Source: Octopus sinensis
Taxonomy: Eukaryota
Direction: 5' to 3'
DNA: 64,000 nucleotides
Assembly (NCBI RefSeq): GCF_006345805.1
Contig: NC_043000.1
Location: 129,828,001 to 129,892,000, forward strand
The notes under the pieces are model-generated. The model worked only from the letters and a program-made list of their open reading frames with translations, had not been told where the DNA came from and did not search any database. A program made the position numbers and the translations under genes. The stretch's first letter is position 1. Each line of letters opens with the position of its first letter. This document shows, piece by piece, positions 48,290 through 62,470 of this stretch.

Positions 48290-48809
48290 TATACATACTT
48301 ATATACATACTTATACACACACACACATATATATATATTTGTTGCTTTGTTCAGTAATTATAAAAAAACAATTTTACATTAATCTGAAGGGTTACTCTAC
48401 ACCTTTGTACAGTACAAATTTATTATTCTTAAATAAGAATATTATTGACAGTGACTTCGAAGCTTCGGCCAGTTAAGTCATCGTCGAACCGGCAGTTCGT
48501 CGATGGCTGAGCTGAAGGGAACTTCGAAGTCGTTGTCAATAATATCTTTGCTTAAGAATATATGTTTATGAGTGATTCGATACCGTGAGAGTTGCTTTTG
48601 TTCGGAGCGTACACACGCATACACATGCAACACGTTCAAATGTATACATTTATTTTAACTTTTGCCGAGCTATAAAAACACGATAATCGTAAACACAGGT
48701 GAAATTTACTCATTTATATTCACCTGTATTTATGCATTTGAATTAATGAATGAATATCCGCACTAACCACAGATGTGTGTGTGTGTGTGTGTGTATGTGT
48801 ATATGTGTG

Positions 48810-49020
48810 TGCTGTGTATCTGTGTTTGTTCCCCCAACGTCGCTTGACAACCGATGCTGGTGTGTTTAGGTCCCCGTAACTTAGCAGTTCGGCAAAGGAG
48901 ACCGATAGAATAAGTACTAGGCTTACGTAAGAATAAGTCCTGGGGTCGAATTGATTCGACTAAAGGCGGTGCTCCAGAATGACATCAGTCAAATGACTGA
49001 AACAATTAAAAGAATAAAAG
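48810..49020 (+). mobile_element. SINE family A 3' half
   Basis: gcttgacaaccgatgctggtgtgttt...cgactaaaggcggtgctccag...aaatgactgaaac matches 8130-8310. Confidence 0.75.
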
Positions 49021-49596
49021 AAACCACGCTCATACCTGAGAGTCAGGATCTCAGACACCACCTTCACAATATGTTCGTTTCATTTTCAGGACTTTGGGAA
49101 GTATTTGGTCTGTGGATCTCGAATTCTTTTATGCTTAATCTGTTGTAAACCAGGCTACATTAGCACAAAATGCTGTGCGCATTTGCACTCAAAGCGCAGG
49201 GTTAAGTACGTTACAAAATGCTATTGTATTAAAATGATAAAAAAAAAACACCTCAGAAATTTAGATTTATTAATCTAAATATACAAGGAAAACCTGTGCA
49301 GCGACAAAACCGCATGTATAAGTATGCATAAATACAGATATATATACATATACTTAAACATGCCAATGCGTACATATTTAGACAAAGGCCTAGTGAAGTT
49401 CACAATTAGAAAATAGGCTTGATAATTTATTAGCAACAAACGAAAAATCTAATATTAAATTTCGAAATTGTTCTTATAGAATATTGATTATTTGTAATGT
49501 AAATCAATACTTAGAGAGTAAACAAAAATGCATCCATACACAGAAACATTAGTAAACATACAGCCACACACAGACACGCACATATATATGCAATTG

Positions 49597-49660
<64 letters not shown>
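49597..49660. repeat. (GA)n microsatellite
   Basis: Direct reading. Confidence 0.95.
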
Positions 49661-49664
<4 letters not shown>

Positions 49665-49806
49665 TTTATAGCATTGTTATTGTATTTTGCTATCTGTGTG
49701 TCCTTTATATTCTATTTCCATCGTATACGTGTACATACACATAAACGCACATAAATGCACACACATACCTACACACGCATATATATATATATATTATATA
49801 TATATA

Positions 49807-49850
<44 letters not shown>

Positions 49851-50040
49851 TAGTATGTCTGTACAATGCGTGTGCAAGTGTGTGAGAGAGAAAAAGTACT
49901 CAATGCCAGTATTTGAACATATTATTTCATTCTAACCTAAATCTTCGCTGATGAAATTAACGGAAACAACAGAAACGAAGTCTGTGTGGGTAGTGTACAC
50001 ACACGTCTATATGCATATATATATATATATAATATATATA

Positions 50041-50071
<31 letters not shown>

Positions 50072-50072
<1 letters not shown>

Positions 50073-50633
50073 TGAGTTGTCCGGAAGGTTCTTGCCGATT
50101 TATAGTAGCTTACCTTTCGACTTATTTTAGAACATGGTTGAGTCCATAAAATAGGATTCGACTGCACCTCCATTTAGAGCACAGTTTAAGCTATTTTTTC
50201 GTGGAATAAGGTTTATGTTCCTATAACCTGTGTTAATTCTGTAACCCTTTAAAATGGAAGATTAGACAGTTCGTTTTCGGTACTTGATGCTTTGGGAATC
50301 AGACAAAAATTGCTGCAGCTTGGCTGGGATGTGTTACCCCACGCCCCATATTCACCAGATATTTCTCCTTCGGATTTCCACTTATTCAGGTCTCTGCAGA
50401 ATAGTCTTAATGGTAAAAATTTCAATTCTTTGGATGACTTAAAAAGATACCTTGATGAATTCTTTGCCACGAAACCACCTCCATTCTGGGAAGAGGATAT
50501 TTTCAAGTTAAAGGTAAGATGGAGACACACTGTACAACAAAATGGTTCATATTTGATCGATTAAAAATGTAATGGCAAGTATATATTGACCTTTTTCTTT
50601 CATTTCAAAATCGGCACTAACTTTCCAGACAAC

Positions 50634-50637
<4 letters not shown>
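50072..50637 (+). mobile_element. Internally deleted mariner element
   Basis: TIRs TTGAGTTGTCCGGAAGGTTCTTGCCGATTT / AAATCGGCACTAACTTTCCAGACAACCCAA with TA flanks; C-terminal LGWDVLPHAPYSPDISPSDFHLFRSLQNSL...W..NG.Y joined directly to the N-terminal start. Confidence 0.9.
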
Positions 50638-50712
<75 letters not shown>

Positions 50713-52522
50713 AGACAAAGGAGGCAGGCAGAATTTTGGATTATCCTTCATTAGCACTTTCATTTCGTTTACGAAGTCCTCAAGACAAGTTCAAAATCAT
50801 TTCGTATTTGATTTTGTCTTGACGAGTTGGTAAACGAAGGAAAGCGTAAGTAAAGGATTGTTCAGAATTCTGACTGCCTCTTTTTTCTCTATATACAATA
50901 TCTGTACACCACTTCAAATACTCTATACAAAGAGGCAGAACAAATACTGCAACCAAGAGGGCGAAAGAAGAAGAATAATAAATGAGATAGGCAGAGTATA
51001 ATCGGTAAAAAAAGAAAACCAAGTAGATGACCAGTTCTAAATTAATTTGTCGACCCCGAGAGATTGGAAAGCAAAGTAGAATTCGGAAGAATTTGAGCTC
51101 AAAATATAAATAGATCTAGATAAGTTAACAATAAGCATTTCGTATGCCTTTCTACAATTCTTCTGTTTTTTTATTTCTATTAAGAGAATTCTGCATTGGC
51201 TTGATGGTATAAAAGCATTCGCAGAGACGTTTAAATAATGCATAAGTTAACAGCAAAGGTGAAGAAATTATAAAATTCTCCAATTACCTGTATAATTGGA
51301 GAAGTATTGTGATATATCTTAAGACAATTTCAAAACGCGTTACATGACCCAAGAAATGTAATGCACGAAGATTAAGAAACTTGTGACGTTTTCCGTTTTC
51401 CAGATATATTTTGCTGTCAGATTATTAAAGCAGTTGTTAGTAATAATGTTTCCTGAATGCTATATTCTCAATAGAAAATCAGAATATGATTTTGGATTTC
51501 ATTTTCCAGGATTTGACAATGACATTAACTGCTCAACATCAAATTAGATCAAAGATTATCGATTTGTGTCATATTTATTAGATTGTGTGACGTTCAAGAC
51601 TTTTCAAATTGCGTTAGGAACGAAAAGGAAATACAATAAATTCAAGCTGGTAACTCGGTTCGGCATATTAAAACTGCTTCGTAGTAGCAGCCGGTACCTT
51701 ACTCACAAAGCAAGGTTAAAACCTTGTTTTGTAGCATAGAAGCATAGAAACTGAGTTTTTCTCTGTCTCGAAATAACATAAAAGATTCTTTGTAACGGCT
51801 TTATGTAACCGTTTAGCTTCAGAAAATGATGCTTCATAAATTCACATAGCGTTATCAATCCTCAATAATACAAATAAAAGGGACACAAATATAGGAGTGA
51901 GCCAATATTTGTTTGATCATTCGTCCATAAATAGAAGCCAAACTTCACTAAAACCTGACTCTATTTTCATAAATAAAGCTGAATGCGTTAAATCGTAGTT
52001 TTAGCGAAAAATTCAGGATAGTTACGTATGAAATAATTTTCATCATAATCTACCATGCTTGACTCAAGACTAAAAAGCGACAACTTAAAAGGAAGAGATA
52101 GTATGTAAATTTAATTCCACTAGAACATTCTTCCAGAGGGAGGAAAGATAGCGTAAAGGGAAGAAACTAGATATTGTAGTCTAATTATCTGACACCACTG
52201 ACATACCGACACCATATACAGGTCTATTAAGTGTCCGTTTAGGCACGTTTTAGGTTTATGGTCTTTGATGTAAACTAACGTAGATGTTTGACAAGTGAAA
52301 GCAAGACTCAAACCTGTTTCATTGGAATGCTAACTGACGTGCAAACAAGGTCGAAGGCATCATCATCATCAACAACATTATTATCAGCCACCAATGGCAA
52401 TAATAACATAGCTGGTTATCACAGCAGCAGCAAAGTTCTTAGAAGAAGCTAGGAGAGAGTACCTATAACCTGCTAGCTGTGACAAAGCATAATAAGCAGC
52501 CACAATAATTTGACAATATTTG

Positions 52523-52715
52523 AAGGCGAGGAGCTGGCAGAATCGTTCGCACGCTGGATAAAATGCTTCTGATTTCAAATTCCACCGACATCGACTTTGT
52601 CTTTCATCCTTTCGGGGTCGATAAATTAAGTACCAGTGAAACACTGAGGTCAATGTAATCGACTAGCTCCCTTCCCCCAAATTTCAGGCCTTGTGCTTAT
52701 TGTAGAAAAGAATAT
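52523..52715 (+). mobile_element. SINE family C copy
   Basis: aggcgaggagctggcagaatcgtt...tttcatcctttcggggtcgataaattaagtaccag. Confidence 0.7.
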
Positions 52716-52739
52716 TATGACATTATTTTCTTTTATTAC

Positions 52740-53160
52740 TTTATTCTTTTACCTGTTTCAGTCATTGGGCTAAGCTCATTCTGGCGTACTACCTTGAAGT
52801 GTATGGCGATTAAATCGGAATCAATTCATGTTTAAGGTACTTATTCAATCAGCCTCATTTGTCGAACCGGTGGATTATGTGGATGTAAACAAACCAACTG
52901 ATTGCCAAGCAGTGAGAGATGGGCATAAAGATAGAGACCGCACTCACTCAATTTTTCTCTCCTCACCCCTACAAGCACATGCACAGGCGCCCGCACAGCG
53001 GGACTTTCACGATTTTCTTTCACCAAATTCACTCACAAAACAGTGTTCAGCCCGGATCTTTAGTAGACCCGGGTTGAATACTTACCCACGATACTACGCA
53101 GTAGAACTGAACCCAAAGCCACATAGCGGCAAAGCATACATCATCACCACACAGCCTTGT
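52740..53160 (-). mobile_element. Old SINE family A copy
   Basis: cttttacctgtttcagtcattgg tail and a degenerate head with gaactgaaccc...accacacagcc. Confidence 0.5.
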
Positions 53161-54059
53161 CGTAAGCTGCCTGCCCCGAATACCAACTAAACACCGATTC
53201 TGGACTGAGTAACTAATCCGGTTAAATAGATCAGGAAAAGTAACAATATTTCATCTATAGGAAATAGCTTTCACCATTTTGGTGTATTAACAAGATTATC
53301 CCTGTAATGCAGATAACAGATGATACCTACGAGATCGATCTTCTGTAATAATACTCTATATTTTGCCAGGATGTCCAACATTATCTTTAATAATATATCT
53401 TTCGAGACATCAGAACGAATGAAACTGATCTATATTCGAAAATATTTCATTATCAACACGAGCCTCAATCTCCCTGTCATAAAACATAATAAAGAAAAGA
53501 TCCAATGGAATTTCAACATAAAGAAGTACCACAGATAACACGAGATAAGCTTGACATAATTATATGACAAATGTGATAACAATATTACGTAATATCTCAA
53601 TAATTGATGTTGTAGTATACATAAGCTGAGAAATTGCAGAGACGCAGCAACAGAATGAAATATATTACGGCACATAAGAAACGTGTCGATCGCCGTAAAT
53701 CTTACAGAGGGGTACATGATTAGTTCTATAAAAACATAAGCTGACAGAACACATAGGAATAGGTTTGAAAGAAAGCCCCTACACGGTGCGTAAGAAAATG
53801 ATCTATAGCTACGTGGATTAGTAGTGAATTGGAAATATACCTTCATGGATTAAACAAACATTGGTGAGGAATTGCATCCAGCAGCAACCCGATCGAAGCA
53901 GCAGTGAAGCAATGGATAGCAGCATGGTGGTTAGGCAATCAGCGGACCATCTCTGATACTTTTAGAGTACACTCAACAGAGGAAAGTCTGTAAAGTCACT
54001 AAGCAAGGTCCACAAGTTTTCTGAGGCGTCCGTTAACTTAATTGTAATTCATATCGCTA

Positions 54060-54400
54060 GAGTGATGTGAAAATACATTTGAAAGACCTCTGTGGATTAT
54101 CTATAACAAGAAATTGGGGAGAATTGTAGAGAGATAGCTTCAACCCAACGGATGCCAAGGTGGTAAGTAGGGGTACAGACCTCAAGATATGGGGATTTAT
54201 GCCTATAAATCGACGATTATAGATATCATTAAGGTAATGAAAGATTTAAAGTCGAGCAAGCACAGCCAGATATTTCATAAGTATATTCCAAAAAATGATA
54301 ATTTTAGCACCTTCAAATATTGTTGCAGGACTTTTACGAAGCATTTGATAATAGTGAGCATCTGTCAGCGTGTCTACCAACACTGACTTAATTCTCTGTG
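54060..54400 (+). mobile_element. Highly decayed LINE reverse-transcriptase remnant (CR1-like)
   Basis: Scattered motifs RPLWIIYNK, IIKVMKDL and DFYEAFDNSEH (cf. DFSKAFDxVxH) in the expected order across broken frames. Confidence 0.3.
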
Positions 54401-54642
54401 ATGTAAGACGGGAAAACTTTTCTGTATCTCTCAATTAATGTATTGTAGGGGTTTCTATACTTGATAAACTCTTCCAGTTCTAAGTTTGCGTTGAAAATAG
54501 GAATCCGAAGTTGGAGTGGACAACAGAATAGATTGAGCAATGGAAAAATGTTTTCATGTTTAATAATCTCTCTTAAGGGTTGTGAGTCTCGCTGGGTTTG
54601 ACTATAGGCTTTTCATCGTTCCAGATCCGAAAGGTTAAAACT

Positions 54643-54801
54643 AAATATCTGTATTTTTTGTGGATCTCAACCATTCTATTAGAAGTGATTCGAGTTGATT
54701 AAATATTTGTTAGAGACTTAAATATCTGTATTTTTTGTGGATCTCAACCATTCTATTAAAGGAAAGTGATTCAAGTTGATTAAATATTTGTTAGAGACGT
54801 A
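54643..54801. repeat. Tandem duplication of a ~78-bp unit
   Basis: aatatctgtattttttgtggatctcaaccattctatta..aagtgattc.agttgattaaatatttgttagagac occurs twice. Confidence 0.9.
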
Positions 54802-57678
54802 ATCGATTTCAGATCGATAAAATACGAAATTAGCAAGTTTTAATTCATATCAAGAATCATGACCCGGTAAGTTAAGTAACTGTGAGTTACTTAACCGCTC
54901 TTCTCTAGCGGCCATTTGCACACTTCTAATAAATAGGAAAGTTGGTAGTATTAATTCAAGTAGAAAACTAGAAAACCGCAGGTGTACCTGGTTTATGTGA
55001 AATCCTCCAACTTGCTTGTTTACTTTGTGTATAAACATGCAGCATAGCAAAGCACAAATATTCTTGTAAAAGTGCTAATGGAAGAACGCCTAGTTAAATA
55101 ATTAATGAACAGTGTTCATCCATTAACTATCAAGAAAAAATACTGCGTCGATACATTCCAACCCCTTGCAACAGCATAACAAACAAGACCATAAAGAATA
55201 ATTGAATTTTACTGCAGAACAGTATTAAAAGTGTCAACCAGCCAGACAAATAAACATACTTCCTCTCTCTAAATATCCACATTCTTTACTTTATTGCCTA
55301 AGAAATTGAAGCTTTGTTTGAAAAAGACATACGATAGCGATACAGTAATGATATCTGCAAGAGGAGATTTTTGAATAATAGAGTAATATGTGAATTATTA
55401 AGGTTAATGGCGTTTTGTTATCAGAATTGGTAGAAAATATGCTGTATTTTTGATGCTGTTGGTTTTCTGAAATTTTCTTACTCTTTAGATCTATATTTTG
55501 CATTCATAAATATTTAAATAGTTCATCGATTTGTACAGAATCAAAACCGAAAACATTGCATTGCTACGGCACACGTCATTCTATAATGACATATCAGATA
55601 TAATAATAAAGTCAACTGAGCAACTGTTTCAAAGCCCGACGCTTTTAAACATTCACATTTCGACATACAATTATTGGTTCATTAGAATACATTAATAAAC
55701 TTCAACACTGTAGTCAAGAATTTAGGCTACGCAGATTGGAGTGATGATATCTTTAAAGCTATATTCAGTGCAAGTCTACTAAGCTGTTGTAATAAGAATT
55801 TTTCACAAGCAAGCTTGTCACTTAGTTCAGTATCGTGTCCTTCTTTATTTAAGAATTTTAGCCAATACAAAATGAAATATACTTGTGCACAGCGTAAGAC
55901 ATTCTTAATCCTATTGTTTTTCGTTTAATTCATTACCCCACTAAGCATTATTAGCAAGTAATTGTAGAGAATAGAGCATGTCCAGATCATTAGGCTCATA
56001 TGATACGCCATCAGATTATGAATTTTGCAATATGTTTCTCATCTAAAAGATGACATAGTATACCTGAATCTGACATGTGAGTCGGTTCCGCTTATTTGAC
56101 CGCTCAACAGCTGTTAGACTCCTGTTGATTTGTGATCAAACAACAACAGTTGCAGCAGTAAATATTTGTACCAACATTTAGAAATAATCGATTGCTCACA
56201 ATATGAATGTTATTTTGGTAGTGAAAAAATTGTTATTTCAACAATAATATCTGGTGCTTCATAAGAAATAAAGGAAGGTTAAGAGATAAAAATTATTTCA
56301 TACAGTTTTTGACAACATAAGACGTGTCACTGACGAAATTTATATAGAAACAGAAGACTACAAATATAATGCAAATACACGTATAGAATATATGTCATTG
56401 ACAAGGAAAGAACATTATGTGAGCTAGAAATAATGACATATTCCTTGGTGTATCTTTAGAAAAACAAAAACTTTCGCAGAATTTTGGAAGTGAAACTGTC
56501 TAATAATAAAACCTTATATAGCATTATACAGTGGTATTTATTACATATAATTCGGATAAAGACAGTTAAGAATCATAATGGAAAATTCATCACAGACTTA
56601 TTACAGTACAAAAATGCATCTTATTAATTTCATTAACTTCCTTTCTTTGACCTTATAGATCATTCCTAGTTGCGTTGAATTCTTGGTCTTCTTTCTTTAA
56701 CAAACATTTTGTTCTTACGATAACAATTATTAAGATAAATACAATCTTCATACCGTAATTCCGTCTGTTCCTGCTTTTCACATTCAAGACCAAGAGGTAG
56801 TTGATAATTATCTCACGTAGTCAAGCGATTGAAAGAGAAAGACCGGCAGAAAAGAACGACAGAAGACAAAGAGTTGCTTTTTGTATTATATCACCAGGAC
56901 AATAAATATCAGTTACATCAAAAGAATGAAGCAAATACAAGCTGACAATAATGCCCAAGAGGGTGTGACGTAGGAACGACTGTCGCGATGGAAACGTGCA
57001 AACTAACAACTAGACTGAATGATGGAAGCATGTTTCTGATAAGAATCAATATTGGTGAAACATTCAGATCAACATTACCATTGATCTATAACAAAACAGC
57101 TATTGTTCTTTAGAACAGGAAACGAAACTTCTGTACTGGTGTGGAGGCATCCTGTTTACAAGAGGAAGGGAATATTAAGTTATGACATTTACAATGATAT
57201 TTACTGTGCACGTGAAGCAATGCTAACACAGACCTAAAACCAAATTTCAAAACTTATTAGCGTGTTCTGGTGTTCCAGCACATATCAAGTACAATGATTA
57301 CTCCATTGATTGTGCTTCGTTATTTCCGTTTAATTGATTAATTCATTTTAGATATTCTGGATTGAAAAAAAATGCTTTATGAAATTCATGAAAAAATAAT
57401 CTAGCTCAATTGTATTGATAATTGCATCTTCACGTATGATGCTCTTGTTTATTTCTTTTCGTGCCCGTGTATGCATGAGTTGTATTAGGCAATACTGTCC
57501 ACCGTTCTAGCTTTCCCACCCATAACTGTAACAGAGGGATGAATTAGAACGGAGATGATTGAGTGTGACGGTTTGAACGCTGGAGAGTTGGCATGGTTGA
57601 CTGTACATTGAAACTGTTATGGCACTTGAGGCAAGCAAACATATATATATACACATAGAATGAAAGAATGAAAGAGAC

Positions 57679-58097
57679 TCTCTTTTACTCTTTTACTTGT
57701 TTCAGTCATTTGACCGCGGCCATGCTGGAGTATCACCTTTCGTTGAGCACATCGACCCCAGGACTTATTCTTTGTAAGCCTAGTACTTATTGTATCGGTT
57801 CTTTTGCCGAACCGCTAAGTTACGGGGACGTAAACACTCCGCATCAGTTGTCAAGCGATGTTGGGCGGGCAAACACAGACGCACAAACATAACCCCCACC
57901 ATATATATGTATATATATATATATATATATATACGACGGGCTTCTTTCAGTTTCCGTCTACCAAATCCACTCACAAGGATTTGGGTAGTCCGAGGCTATA
58001 GCGGAAGACACTCGCCCAAGGTGCCACGCAGTGGGACTGCACCCGGAACAATGTAGTTCGTAAGCAAGCTACTTACCACGCAGCCACTCCTACGCGT
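57679..58097 (-). mobile_element. SINE family A, full length
   Basis: Same motifs as 23546-23955. Confidence 0.9.
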
Positions 58098-58476
58098 ATA
58101 GGTATAAAAACTAATTAATTGGACAAAATTGCCATTTTCTCTCCCCTAATAAAGAGAAATGCTCTCACACACAGAAAGAGAAATGGAAGGGAGGGGGGAA
58201 AGAGAATAGAGGAAACACTGAAACACTTGCTGTGATATATGTCAGCGTTGAATCAGCAGTGCCAAGGGGTAAGCGGCCCCAAAACGGTTGTACCAAAACG
58301 TCTAATGCTTAAATTGGGACTCATGTACTACTTCAAATGTAGCCAGGTAAATTTATTTCATATAGCAACAAAAAGGGAAAAAAATCACAACTGATTAAAT
58401 ATCGCACATCGTTGTCGTAGACTACTAACATCCGTTTACATAACAATACAATAATTCGTATGATAGAAAAAACAAC

Positions 58477-58781
58477 ATCACCCTTTTCAAGCCTAGCCAG
58501 GCTCATGGGTCCGGTTTCCCGGTTTCTGTGGCGTATGTGTTCCCCCCAGCTGGACGGGACGCTAGACCATCGCAGCGTTACTCAAGAAACAGGAAGAGAG
58601 AGTGAGAGAAAATTGTGGCGAAAGAGTACAACAGGTGTCACCACCACTCCCTGCCGGAGCCTCGTGGAGCCTTTAGGTGTTTACGCTCAATAAACACACA
58701 CAGCGCCCGGTCTGGGAATCGAAACCGCGATCCTCCGACTGCGAGTCCGCTGCTCTAACCACTGGGCAATTGCGCCTCCAC
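58477..58781 (-). mobile_element. SINE with family B head and B2 tail
   Basis: Colinear with 11706-12007. Confidence 0.85.
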
Positions 58782-59379
58782 TTATAATTCTCATGATACT
58801 CCGTCGTAATGCTTAAAAGAACATGTGTTGTAACTGCAGGAGATATATCAATCCCAGTTCAGATTTTGAAGTGATAGTTCAACCGATGAGTGACGTAAAC
58901 AATGCACCTGTTTTACCTGACAATTTTCTCAAGAAATGTAAATACTAATAAGCATAATGTGTTTAATTGCCCACAAAAATCTATTACATAGGCATATAAG
59001 CTATACATCGTTATCGATCTTGGATAAGAGAAAGCGATATTCGATACTTTTGCATTTTGAAATGAAATCAGCGATATGCTGAGAAATATAATTATACAAC
59101 TAGCATTGCTCGCTCACTGTATCTGCATCTTTTCTTTGATTTCTCTGTATGTATAAATGTATGTGTGAAGGGATGGATGTATATAAATAAATACATACAC
59201 AAAATACATATATTTACACACACATATATATATATACATACACACACAGATATATATTTATTTATACATGTGTGTATACGAATATAGACATATATACACA
59301 TACATATTTATTTATACGTATGTATATATATATATATGCGCATACATACATATCTACACATACATACATATATATATAT

Positions 59380-59590
59380 ATGTGACCTCGTGAAGACTAC
59401 CTGCAAAATTTTTTTTTTCCTCTGTCCTCCCGTCTCGGGATCTTTCTTTCTCCTATGTTTCCGACCAAGAGCTCCGCTCGAAACGTCATGCCCTCCTTCT
59501 TCCATTTTCCTGAGCGCCTAATAATAATAATACTGTAATTGTTCCACGTGTTGTTGTTTTTTCTGTTTTCCCGTTTGGATTAACCTTATA
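59380..59590 (+). mobile_element. PLE-derived repeat family H1 with a mutated HHR core
   Basis: CCGACCA-A-GAGCtccGCTC-GAAACGTC at about 59461-59488; flanks match the reverse complement of 883-1085. Confidence 0.6.
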
Positions 59591-59652
59591 TATATATACA
59601 TGCATACATACATACACATCTACACATACATACATATATATATATATACATG

Positions 59653-59709
<57 letters not shown>

Positions 59710-59855
59710 GTATTTTTTTGAAGCTATATATAAAAACATTTTTTTTCATTTTACTGAAAAATAGCTTAGGACTTAATTCCTAATAGGTAAATGCTGACTA
59801 TGACGTCAAACATTTCAGCTAACTCGCCGTCATTGCAGAGGAAAGAAGCTGGGTA

Positions 59856-59908
<53 letters not shown>

Positions 59909-59925
59909 ATATATATCACGGCTGA

Positions 59926-60826
59926 TCTTCCCAATCAGTTTTGTGTAAAGAATACAATGGAGTGTTAGGTAACAGTCCGATTACATAACTTAACGCTCAT
60001 CAGACTCAGCCGATATGGAAGGGAATACGCCGACTGCTCTCTATTGTCGGAGGTGGATTAGCACAACCGGACAGCGGCTGCTGTGAAAAAAGATGAAGTG
60101 AAAAGGAGGCGGGGGGACTGGGTTGGGTTAGGAGTAATGTCCCTTGGTTGGGTATGCTTTGAAGTCGAGAAGAGTTATCTTGAAGTGGTGAAGGTGTATA
60201 TTATTAATGTTGTGCTCCTGTGGGTTTGTGTGATACGTGTAGTGGTGTCATATGCATAATTTTTTTGGGAATGTAGATATATATAGTTGTGCTCTTTTGT
60301 CTGTTTTCTTTTTGTAAAGGGTACAGGCGTATGGTTTTTTTATGTTAATGTGCGTTGTCTAATGTGTGTATGTGTAGTGGAGTTTATGCATGTGTGGGGG
60401 TACAATCCGTGTGCAGGGGTATGTGTTGGGGATGGTGGGAGCTAGTCTATGTTGTGAGGTGTCCACCTTATAGGGATGTGCGTATGCATATTTTGGTGTA
60501 TTTGTGGGTATGTGCCTTGGTCAAACTCTTTTTGCCCGATCCGAGAGCACGCGTGGAATGTCGTTGGCGGAGTGTTGAGGCAGGGGATGTGTGGTTGCAG
60601 TCATGGTGCGGCGTGTAGGTACGATAGAATGTACTTCCTTTCATGCGGGCAAGGATTAAACACCTCACTCCTTCTATTCAGGTAGACATCCGGGCGTTGG
60701 ATACCTTTTAAAATGACTCTCTTCTCGGCCAGCCATAATCTGCACTTCCTGCTGCAATTAAAGTACGGTTTGCATATTTCTCGGATCATCCACTTTATGA
60801 TGTACTCCGTGGCGTTTCTTTAAAAG
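59926..60826 (-). mobile_element. Inverted copy (pseudo-LTR) of the 3' end of the adjacent Penelope-like element
   Basis: Reverse complement of about 61598-62470, including CRLWLAEKRVILKG..LNRRSEVFNPCPHERKY and the 3' UTR. Confidence 0.8.
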
Positions 60827-62470
60827 CCCAGAGGGCCACACATTAGACAGTTCAAAAAGGACCTCACAAGAACCATGAACTTCCACGGACTGAAGGTCAC
60901 CATACAGACCAACCTGAAAACGGTAGATTTCCTTGACATGACCCTGAATCTAGAATCTGGTAGCTATAGGCTCGTTAGGAAAGCAAATGAGAAGTTGTTT
61001 TACATTTCCACAGGTTTCTGCCATCCAGCAGAATCCCCAGCTTGTCTTCAAGAAAAGAGATCTTTATGTTCCTGCCCCGTACTACAACCGGGCTCTGGCT
61101 GCCAGCGGCTTCAAGGATAAAATTAGTTACATGCCCAGACCCTAGCCATCCATCAAGAGAAAGTACCACCGGAAATTACTGTGGTTCACGCGGCCATTCT
61201 CTTTAAATGTTAAGACCACAGTAGGTAAGATCTTCTTTAGTTTACTTGATAGGCACTATCCCCGTACCAATAGATTCAACAAAATATTTAATAGACATAC
61301 TCTGAGATTATCCTTTAGCAGTACATCTAATGTAAAAAAAGATTTTAGTAAATAGGCCCACACCCGAGACAGGATGCTCATGCAGAGGTAACACAACTTG
61401 TCCACTGAAAGCCTACTACAATACAGAAACAGTTGTTTACGAGGCAGAAGTAACAGCAACAGGACCCATCGGACAACCGAGCTCGCAGAAGTATGTGGGA
61501 GCAACGGAAGGCCCCTTCAGAACCTGCTATAATATCCACAAGTCTTCCTTCAACATCTCAGACTTAACGCCACAACTCTAGCCATGCATGGCTGAGATTT
61601 GAAAGAAAGCGCCATGGAGCACAACATAAAGTGGATGATCATAAAACATGCAAACCGTACTTCAATAGCAGCCGGAATTGCAGATTATGCCTGGCTGAGA
61701 AGAGAGCAATTTTAAAAGGTACCCAACACCCGGATGTTTACCTGAATAGCAGGAGTGAGGTGTTTAATCCTTGCCCACATGAAAGGAAGTACATCCTATT
61801 ATAACTGTGGATCCCACCATGGCTGCTACTGTAAATCCTCTGTCTCCACTCTCCGCCAACAAATTCCACCAATACCTCTGAGCCTGGCAAAAAGAGTTTG
61901 ACCAAAGCACACACGAATGCACCCATGTACACATACGCACACCCCAATATTATGGACGCCCAACAAAAGTGACTGTCTCCCACCCACTCCAACACATACC
62001 TCTGCACACAAATTCTACACATACACAGACCCCTCCCCAAACGCACATTACATACACATTACACACCGCAAGCTAACATATAAAAAAAATCACTGTATCC
62101 TTTACAGAAACAATACAGACCAACGAACATAGCTATGTATATCTACACCCCCGGAAAAAATTATGCATATGACATCACTACAGATATCACACACTCCACC
62201 TCCACATTAATAATGCACAGTTTCACCACTTCAAAATAACTCTTCCCGGCTTCGCAGCATACCCAACCAAGGGACATTGCTCCTAACGCAATCCACTGGC
62301 CCCTTTTTGTTTTCACCACCTTTTTTCACAGCAGCTACTGACCGGTTGTGCTAGTCCACCTCCGACAATATCGGCTAACTCTGATGAGCGTTAAGTTATA
62401 TAATCGGATTATTACTTAACACTCCACTGTATTCTTTACGAAAAACATATTGGTAAGATCAGCCGTGATG
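60827..62470 (+). mobile_element. 5'-truncated Penelope-like element: RT C-terminus, linker, GIY-YIG and 3' UTR
   Basis: GLKVTIQTNLKTVDFLDMTLNL, LLWFTRPFSLNVKTTVGKIF, CSCRGNTTCPL, VVYEAEV..KYVGATEGPF, CRLCLAEK..LNSRSEVFNPCPH; contains stops and frameshifts. Confidence 0.85.

Noticed and set aside
53430-53846. 138-aa hydrophobic minus-strand ORF
   Set aside because: Hydrophobicity follows from T-rich composition; no receptor motifs; the region neighbours decayed LINE sequence on the opposite strand.
61580-61600. In-frame TGA in the PLE endonuclease as possible selenocysteine (some Naiad elements are selenoproteins)
   Set aside because: The TGA falls where Trp is expected (xxWDLK), not at a Cys, and the copy has other disabling mutations.
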